DNA from: Elusimicrobiota bacterium
GTDB lineage: Bacteria > Elusimicrobiota > Elusimicrobia > Elusimicrobiales > UBA9959
Reading direction: 5' to 3'
Length of the DNA: 64,000 nucleotides
NCBI GenBank assembly: GCA_036574205.1
Contig: JAINCQ010000037.1
Coordinates: 68,669 to 132,668, forward strand
The translations under genes were made by a program, and so were the position numbers. Shown piece by piece: positions 57,731-64,000 of this stretch. Below the pieces are notes generated by a model. That model had not been told where the DNA came from. It did not search any database and saw nothing but the letters and a program-made list of their open reading frames with translations. Position 1 is the stretch's first letter; each line of letters starts with the position of its first letter.

Positions 57731-58579
57731 TTGAATATGGCTCTTCATCCTATAACGTCAGCATGTAATCAGAGATGCGTTTTTTGTTCTGCATATGGAA
57801 GATTTGATGAGTTTTTTAATATTAGGTCTTTTATAAACGAGTTATCCAAAGACAGAGATTCTCTTGTTGTTATATCTGGAGGAGAGCCTTTTACGGTCGG
57901 AATAGATAACCTTATATATGTAATTAATTATTTGACAAAAAATAATAAAACTGTTGAGCTTCAAACTAATGGCATAATGATAAAAGATTTAGATAGAGAA
58001 AAATTAAAAGCTTTAGTTTTGCTTTTAAATAGAAATGGAGGATATTTTAATGTTAATTTTCCTTCTCATAATAAACAAGTAGATTTTAAAATAACCCGGA
58101 TAAAAAATTCTTTTGATTTTAGATTAAAAGGCATTAATATATTGCATAATCTTGGAGCTATGATAAGAATTACTCATGTTATTAACAAAATAAACTATAG
58201 ATATCTTTCAAATTTTGCAAAATTTGTGGTCAATAACCTTAATTTTATAGACTGGATTCAATTTAGTTTTACTAAAGGTATTGGAAGAGCAAAGCAGAAT
58301 AAGAGAATAATTCCAGAGTATAAAAGAGTTTCACCTTACCTATTGAAAGCTTTTGAAATTTTAGAGAAGAATAATATTTATTTTGAAATAGATCATATTC
58401 CGCTTTGCTTTCTTGGAAGATTTTATGAAAGGCATGTTGATGTTAATAAAATTAAAAATAAAATTAAGGGGGAATATTTAAAAGAAAAAGAAAAGCTTTT
58501 AACCTGCAAAGGGTGTAAATTTTATAAGATATGTTCTGGCCCAAGAAAGGATTATATAGAAATTTATGAAAAATTATGA
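57731..58579 (+). CDS. Radical SAM protein (HxsC-type, satellite)
   Basis: CNQRCVFC, SGGEP, QTNG, IPLCFL, CKGC-x5-CSG. Confidence 0.85.
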   Translation: MNMALHPITSACNQRCVFCSAYGRFDEFFNIRSFINELSKDRDSLVVISGGEPFTVGIDNLIYVINYLTKNNKTVELQTNGIMIKDLDREKLKALVLLLNRNGGYFNVNFPSHNKQVDFKITRIKNSFDFRLKGINILHNLGAMIRITHVINKINYRYLSNFAKFVVNNLNFIDWIQFSFTKGIGRAKQNKRIIPEYKRVSPYLLKAFEILEKNNIYFEIDHIPLCFLGRFYERHVDVNKIKNKIKGEYLKEKEKLLTCKGCKFYKICSGPRKDYIEIYEKL

Positions 58580-59483
58580 AAGAAGATGGATAAGCGAACA
58601 GTTATGTATATCTGAGGCTTCCTTTACATGTAATTTATATTGTAAATATTGTCATAATCCACCAAGCGGAGTGAGAAATACTATTGAAGAGATAATTGAA
58701 AAGGTAAAGGAAGAAAAGCCCTATGCGGTTAGCCTTGAAGGGAGAGGAGAGCCACTTACCAATCCTGATATAGTTAGTCTTATAAAAGAACTTAAAAAGA
58801 TGGGAGTAAATAATATATCAATATCTACAAATGCTATAGCTTTAAGCAATGAGAAGTTGCTTGTCAATATTGCAGATGATGTGGATTTTTTTATAATTAA
58901 TTTCCCCTCTCATATTAAAGAGGTTTACAATTCTATTACAAGGAGTGTTAAGTATGACCTGGCTATTAAGGCTCTTGAAAATATAAAGAAAAATGGGATT
59001 TTAGGAAAAGTGAGGATTTTTCATATAATAAACAAGGAGAATTATAAGTTTCTTGGTCAATTTACAGATTGGGTTAATAAAAATTATAGTTTGGTTTTAT
59101 TACTAAATTTTTGCTTTGTAAGGAATAAAGGAAGAGTAAATAACTCAAAAGAAATAGTTCCAAGATATACGGAGGTATCAAAATACCTTAAGCTTGCACT
59201 GGCAAAAGCAAAATTATATGGTATAAAAGCAGTAATGCAAAATATTCCTTTATGTGTTATGGAAAAATTTGAAGGATTTTCTTTTGAATTTCATAGGTGG
59301 AAGCGTGGAGATAAAGTTTTTGAAAAAGGAGTAGAAGCTCCTTTAAAGTTAGAAAAATGCTTAAAATGTTCGTTAAGGCAAGGATGTTGTGGAGCAAGAA
59401 GAGATTATATCAGGATATATGGCTCTTCTGAAATTAAGTCCTCTAAAATAGATCTCAATTTAATAAAACCTGAGAGATTTTAA
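58566..59483 (+). CDS. Radical SAM protein (HxsC-type, satellite)
   Basis: CNLYCKYC, GRGEP, STNA, IPLCVM, CLKC-x5-CCG. Confidence 0.85.
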   Translation: MKNYERRWISEQLCISEASFTCNLYCKYCHNPPSGVRNTIEEIIEKVKEEKPYAVSLEGRGEPLTNPDIVSLIKELKKMGVNNISISTNAIALSNEKLLVNIADDVDFFIINFPSHIKEVYNSITRSVKYDLAIKALENIKKNGILGKVRIFHIINKENYKFLGQFTDWVNKNYSLVLLLNFCFVRNKGRVNNSKEIVPRYTEVSKYLKLALAKAKLYGIKAVMQNIPLCVMEKFEGFSFEFHRWKRGDKVFEKGVEAPLKLEKCLKCSLRQGCCGARRDYIRIYGSSEIKSSKIDLNLIKPERF

Positions 59484-59486
59484 GTT

Positions 59487-60404
59487 ATGAAGATAATATC
59501 CTGTATAATACATCCGGATGAAATAAATTTAGTAAAAGAAGCTGGTGCTGATGAGATTTATTTTGCTTATTCCCAAGTTTTAAATTTTGGTGAAGCTATG
59601 TCTATACAAAAACTCCGTGACGTCCAAAGATCAATAGAGATAGCGCATAAAAACAAACTTAAAATATATCTTGCAGCAAATGGCTTTGCTTCAAAAAAAC
59701 AGAGTATTACTGTAAAAGGGATGATTAAGGATATAAAAAAAATTATTAATTGTGGTATTGATGGGCTTATAGTTTCAAATCTGGGAGTTTTTGAAGCGAT
59801 AAAAAAATATGGAATAAAGACAGATTTACATTTAAGTTCTGTCAATCCAGTTTTTAATAGTTATACACTTGATTTTTTTTATAGAAAATATGGTATTTCA
59901 AGGGTTATACTTCCAAATCAGCTTTCAGCGATTGAAGCTGAAGGTATAATGGAATATGCTAAAAAAAATATGATAAAAACGGAGATATTTTATTTTAAAT
60001 TTTTTGGTTGTCCTTATATAAATGGTTTTTGTTATATGCATAGTAACAATTTGTGCACAAGAAATATTTCAAGCGAGTATGGTCTTTGTGTTTTAGGAAG
60101 AGGAAAAAATAATGCAGATATTTCTCCTTTTAATATTGTCATTGCTCCTCCCAAAAATATACTTGAAAGAGTAAGTATGCGAATATCAATGGGTGGGAGT
60201 CCAAGAATTTTAAATATTTCGTCCTTTTTTGATTATTGTCTTAAAGGGGTGGATTTTATAAAGTATGGTACAAGAACTGACGATACAAAAACGCGAGTTT
60301 ATAAAGTGAGTCTTATAAAAAGAGCGATAAATGCTTTTAAGGAGCTTACGTCAAAGTACAGCGTTGAGGAAGCAAAAGAAAGGTTTATCAGGGAATTTAA
60401 ATGA
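59487..60404 (+). CDS. U32-family protein (UbiU/TrhP/RlhA-like Fe-S protein)
   Basis: AGADEIY, GIDGLIVSNLG, HLSS, RVILP, GCPYINGFC...C Cys cluster, GVDFIK. Confidence 0.8.
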   Translation: MKIISCIIHPDEINLVKEAGADEIYFAYSQVLNFGEAMSIQKLRDVQRSIEIAHKNKLKIYLAANGFASKKQSITVKGMIKDIKKIINCGIDGLIVSNLGVFEAIKKYGIKTDLHLSSVNPVFNSYTLDFFYRKYGISRVILPNQLSAIEAEGIMEYAKKNMIKTEIFYFKFFGCPYINGFCYMHSNNLCTRNISSEYGLCVLGRGKNNADISPFNIVIAPPKNILERVSMRISMGGSPRILNISSFFDYCLKGVDFIKYGTRTDDTKTRVYKVSLIKRAINAFKELTSKYSVEEAKERFIREFK

Positions 60405-61195
60405 TTGAAAAAGGCATTAAGATTGGTTATACTGATTTAAGAGATATAAAAGGAACAGTAAGAAAAATTAAAAAATATAATTGGGTTTATATTGGTGGAG
60501 AATTTTGCGAAAATTTGCTTGATTTATATCTTAATTCTTATAAAGCATTATCCTTTTTTAACGGGAAAAAAATATGTTTTCTTACCCCTATTATAACAGA
60601 AAAAAATATTCCTAAACTTTTAAAAGTTTTACAAAACATACTTTCTGTTGTCCCTCTTGACAAATTTGAGGTTTCAGTTAATGATTTTGGTGCGCTTAAC
60701 ATAATCAAAAAAACATTTCCTAATTTGATCGTAAATATTGGGCGTCATTTAGCCAAGCATTTTTTTTCATTCCAAAAAAATGCTATAAAATTTCATACTG
60801 AATTCTCTGTTATTGCTGGCATATCTATGAATGAGATTGGAATTGAAAGATATGAATTATCCTATTTTAATCTTATTCCCAAAAATAATTTTTTAGAAGC
60901 GAAGAAAAAAAAGGTAAGGTTTAAATTTTCAATGTTTTATCCATATGTTCTTTTAAGCACGACAAGAACCTGTCTTATAGGTAGTAAAGATATACCTCCA
61001 GAACAAACCATAGACGAAATCAGATGTTTGAAAGAATGTCTTTTTTGCGATTATTTTGTCAAAACTTATAAAATAAAGGAAGAGATGACAGTTTGTGAAA
61101 ACTCAACATTTATAAAGCTTGATTATAATGAAAAACTTGCTACAAGATTTTCCAGCCTTGGAGTAGACAGGCTTATATTCTGTCCAAGACCTTAA
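60401..61195 (+). CDS. U32-like partner protein (UbiV-like)
   Basis: VYIGGEFCE, LTP, VNDFG, GR, STTRTC...C..EC; overlaps the upstream U32 gene. Confidence 0.55.
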   Translation: MIEKGIKIGYTDLRDIKGTVRKIKKYNWVYIGGEFCENLLDLYLNSYKALSFFNGKKICFLTPIITEKNIPKLLKVLQNILSVVPLDKFEVSVNDFGALNIIKKTFPNLIVNIGRHLAKHFFSFQKNAIKFHTEFSVIAGISMNEIGIERYELSYFNLIPKNNFLEAKKKKVRFKFSMFYPYVLLSTTRTCLIGSKDIPPEQTIDEIRCLKECLFCDYFVKTYKIKEEMTVCENSTFIKLDYNEKLATRFSSLGVDRLIFCPRP

Positions 61196-61259
61196 AATAG
61201 TTTTTATTTATATTAGGTGAATTAAAATAATTTAGCATAAATATTAAGAGTTGAGAGTA

Positions 61260-61880
61260 AGTATTATAAACCATCTAAAACATTCACGTTGATTTTCCAG
61301 TATAAGAAGAAAGACCACAAATTTTTGTAAGTAGAGGATTTAATTTGTAATCAGAGCTAAATACATTACCTCTTTTTTAAAAGAAATCATTCTCCCTTAC
61401 CGAAAGCTTTTTCTTCTCATCGCAGATGTGATATCTTATTATAATTCAAATTTCATAAAGAATATTAAAAGCGCATTTTGCCTTGGATAGATAGAAAATT
61501 CTTTTGTCATTTTGTTGCTTTTTAAAATGTTTTATCCATTGTATAGTATTTTATATTATAAAGTTTTTCATGTTCATAAAGAGAAGTATATAACCATACA
61601 TCGTTCTTTATTAAGAAATCTGCTTTTTTTCGTCCATTAGTGAAAGATTTGTGATGATCCCATGTTCAAGGGCTTCTTAAACTTTTTTCTTTTTCTCTGG
61701 CATAGATTATTGTTTTGTTTAAAACTTCCCAGTTTAAAGATTGTTCTCCACCTTGAAATTCTATGGAAAGACCGTCTTTTCTAGGAGTATTGAAAGCAAA
61801 ATCCACACATTTTAAAGCGACGTTTGTTTTCGTGTCAAAATGATTGGTCTTAGATTTTGCCTTTGTCTGCCAGTAAATAC
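61260..61880 (-). pseudogene. Heavily decayed hxsB copy
   Basis: Fragments in shifting frames: SIEFQGGEQSLNWE, KKADFLIKND, ICDE...ENDF, TKICGLSS, LENQRECFR; collinear with 46014-47504. Confidence 0.75.
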
Positions 61881-62123
61881 CTAAGCAACCTTGAAACAAA
61901 ATTATCGTTTGCTGTTTCTGCAACTTTTGAGAGATTTTTTACTTTTATTTTTAATCTGATATTTGATACAGCCGTCTTTTTGGCTTTTTATATGGTTGTA
62001 TTTCCAACTGGTTTTTTATGGAAAATTTTTAATAGAAAAAAATATGATTATTACTTTAAAAACAATAGGGAAAGCTATTTTCAAAATCCTTCTGATTACA
62101 ATAATTTTGAAGATATGTGGTAG
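61857..62123 (+). CDS. SxtJ-like small membrane protein (possibly 5'-truncated)
   Basis: FYMVVFPTGFLWKIF...ESYF...FEDMW resembles the SxtJ-family C-terminus. Confidence 0.45.
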   Translation: MPLSASKYLSNLETKLSFAVSATFERFFTFIFNLIFDTAVFLAFYMVVFPTGFLWKIFNRKKYDYYFKNNRESYFQNPSDYNNFEDMW

Positions 62124-62127
62124 TAAA

Positions 62128-63357
62128 CTATTTTCTTATAAGAATTAAATAATCTTTCAATGCTTTTACAAAAGCATCTGCATCGCTTTTGTCATTATAT
62201 ATAAAAAAGGATAATCTAATAACATTTTCTATGTTGCTATATTTACAGGCAAGATCGGCACATAGTCTTCCATATCTTATAGCAATTGGTTTTTTAAGTG
62301 AGGATAAATATAAGGCAAAATCAGGGTATGAGATTCTTGTGTCTTTAAATCTAAATGAAACAATAGATCCTTTTTCAAGATTTTTTCCAACTATCTCTAT
62401 TTCTTTTATTTGAGATAGCTCTTTAACTGTATATCTTATAAGATCTGATATATGTTTTCTTATGTTGTCAAATCCTATTTCATTTAATTTTTGATATGTC
62501 AGAGCCATTGCAAACTGTCCAGCGTAATTTTGTATGCCTGCTTCAAAAGACTTGTATCCTTGCAGAAAATCCACTTTTATGTCTCCATCTTTAAATATTA
62601 ATTCCTTTATTGTTCCCCCACCCACTTTAGATGAATCAAGATGTTTATATAGTTCTTTTTTTAGGTATAAAACTCCAGTCCCATATGGAGCACCAATTTT
62701 ATGACCAGAAAAAGCTGCCGCATCTATATTCAATTCTTTAACATTTACCTTATGTGTTGGAGCATATTGTGCCAGATCCATAAATACTTTTATATTATTT
62801 TTTTTAGCATGATTTATTATTTTTTCAGTTTCAACAACACCACCAAAAAAATTTGATGCTTTTGATATACATAAAATCCTTGTTTTTGAGGTGATTAGTT
62901 TTTTAAATTCTTCGAAATCTGGATTGTAGTCTTTTAATGGTATTATTTTAAGTTTTATATTGTTTTTTTTAGAAACCTTATAAAATGGCAGAAAAACGCT
63001 GTTATGTTCAAGTCCGGAAATTATCATTTCATCATTTCTATTGAACTTAAAAGAATTAGCAAGTATATTGAAAGATTCTGTTGTTCCAGATGTAAAAACT
63101 ATTTCTTCATATGAAGCATTTATAAGTTTTGAGATTATTTCCCTTGCTTTGTTGTAAAATTCTTCGGTTTTAGAAGCTAAAATATGTATTGCCCTTTCTC
63201 CTCCACAGCTCCCATATCTTTCCATCATGCTTTTTTGTTCTTTTAGAGCAAATCTAAATTTTAGTGCACTACAAGCACTATCAAGGTATATGATTTTATT
63301 TTGTTTAAACCAGTTTTTTCTTTGTATCAGGTCGTTAATATGGACCATAGAAACCAT
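62128..63357 (-). CDS. Class V PLP enzyme, SufS/CsdA-like cysteine desulfurase
   Basis: YLDSA, FTSGTTES, EHNS, DLAQ, FSGHK, FEAG, IRYGRLCA (catalytic Cys position), RLSF.IYN. Confidence 0.8.
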   Translation of the reverse strand: MVSMVHINDLIQRKNWFKQNKIIYLDSACSALKFRFALKEQKSMMERYGSCGGERAIHILASKTEEFYNKAREIISKLINASYEEIVFTSGTTESFNILANSFKFNRNDEMIISGLEHNSVFLPFYKVSKKNNIKLKIIPLKDYNPDFEEFKKLITSKTRILCISKASNFFGGVVETEKIINHAKKNNIKVFMDLAQYAPTHKVNVKELNIDAAAFSGHKIGAPYGTGVLYLKKELYKHLDSSKVGGGTIKELIFKDGDIKVDFLQGYKSFEAGIQNYAGQFAMALTYQKLNEIGFDNIRKHISDLIRYTVKELSQIKEIEIVGKNLEKGSIVSFRFKDTRISYPDFALYLSSLKKPIAIRYGRLCADLACKYSNIENVIRLSFFIYNDKSDADAFVKALKDYLILIRK

Positions 63358-63699
63358 CTAATGTGTTATCTTTTTTTTTTCTTCCTTCTTTTTTTGACTT
63401 TTTCTTTTATCATAATATAATATCTTCATTATCTCCCGGAACAGTCGTATATTTTTTGCTCTATTCCTTTATATTACAAAAATATATTTTATTATTTTAC
63501 GAAATTATATTTGCAAGGGTATTTGGTATTTCATTCTTTTCTTTGGAGAATAAATTCCGTTTACAAACTTAGAACACTCTCTCTTTTTGCCATTTACCAC
63601 TATCAATTTTTAGAAACCTGAGCGTTTTATAATATAGGTAAATGCAAAATTTCAGAAACATATTGGACAGATTTAAGGTCAGTCAGCCACAAAACAACA

Positions 63700-64000
63700 T
63701 TCACTAATTTTCTACGGTCGTGGTTAAACTGTGGATAATTGTTTTTAGGAAAATTGTTTATTAACTTAAAATAAGATATTGAAAACGTTCATAAAAGCTT
63801 AATCAGAGAATCGCCATTTAAGTATTTTTGAGACAAAGTCATGAAAAGTTCAATATGTATAGATATCTTACATATTACCTGTCAACTCATCTAAGAATGT
63901 AACCATATTAGTTATCCACATGAATAGTTTTTGTGTGTGCCAATAATCTCATAATTCTGTGGATAATTACTAATATTTTTTATATTAGAAAGATCTTTTA
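63700..64000. promoter_or_regulatory. DnaA-box cluster, probable oriC region
   Basis: Perfect boxes TGTGGATAA 63730-63738, TTATCCACA 63912-63920 and TGTGGATAA 63958-63966 in non-coding AT-rich DNA. Confidence 0.75.

Noticed and set aside
57632..62123. Integrative element at tRNA-Val
   Set aside because: No integrase, and I found no duplicated tRNA 3' end.
943..62413. Numerous short antisense ORFs in the track
   Set aside because: They lie opposite well-supported genes and have no motifs of their own.
63363..63700. Small ORF or rpmH beside the DnaA boxes
   Set aside because: No L34-like sequence in the frames I read; ORF 63363-63572 is low-complexity with no support.

Overview
Low-GC bacterial chromosome segment. 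Elusimicrobiota is my inference, mainly from a 'TTYYPAPYG'-motif protein and the gene context. The window runs from the 5' end of dnaE to a DnaA-box cluster (probable oriC). The backbone has housekeeping genes (nudF, uvrC, ogt, gpsA, ligA, nusB, lysS, lolCD-like, mcsAB-like, murC-like, tRNA-Val) and anaerobic purine/pyrimidine catabolism genes (ssnA, ygeY, a deaminase, a PreT-PreA fusion). The main feature is a ~21 kb minus-strand operon (about 47.9-26.8 kb) built around one His-Xaa-Ser repeat peptide with 12 tandem HxS triplets. It encodes 12 intact radical SAM enzymes and 1 broken one (three HxsB-type, six HxsC-type, one cobalamin-dependent, two others). It also encodes two HxsD-like proteins, an A24 prepilin-peptidase-like protein, a PEP-utilising/dikinase-like enzyme, a diphthine-ammonia-ligase-like ATPase and a tetrapyrrole-methylase/borosin-like methyltransferase. 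A nitrogenase-like system (NifH fused to a component-1 domain, plus a second component-1 subunit) converges on the operon. Paralogous satellite genes are scattered through the backbone: two more radical SAMs, U32 proteins, GT-C/TPR proteins, another methyltransferase and a decayed hxsB. The Hxs core family is known; the large expansion and the accessory enzymes are the candidate novel system. All family calls come from reading motifs by eye, with no database search.
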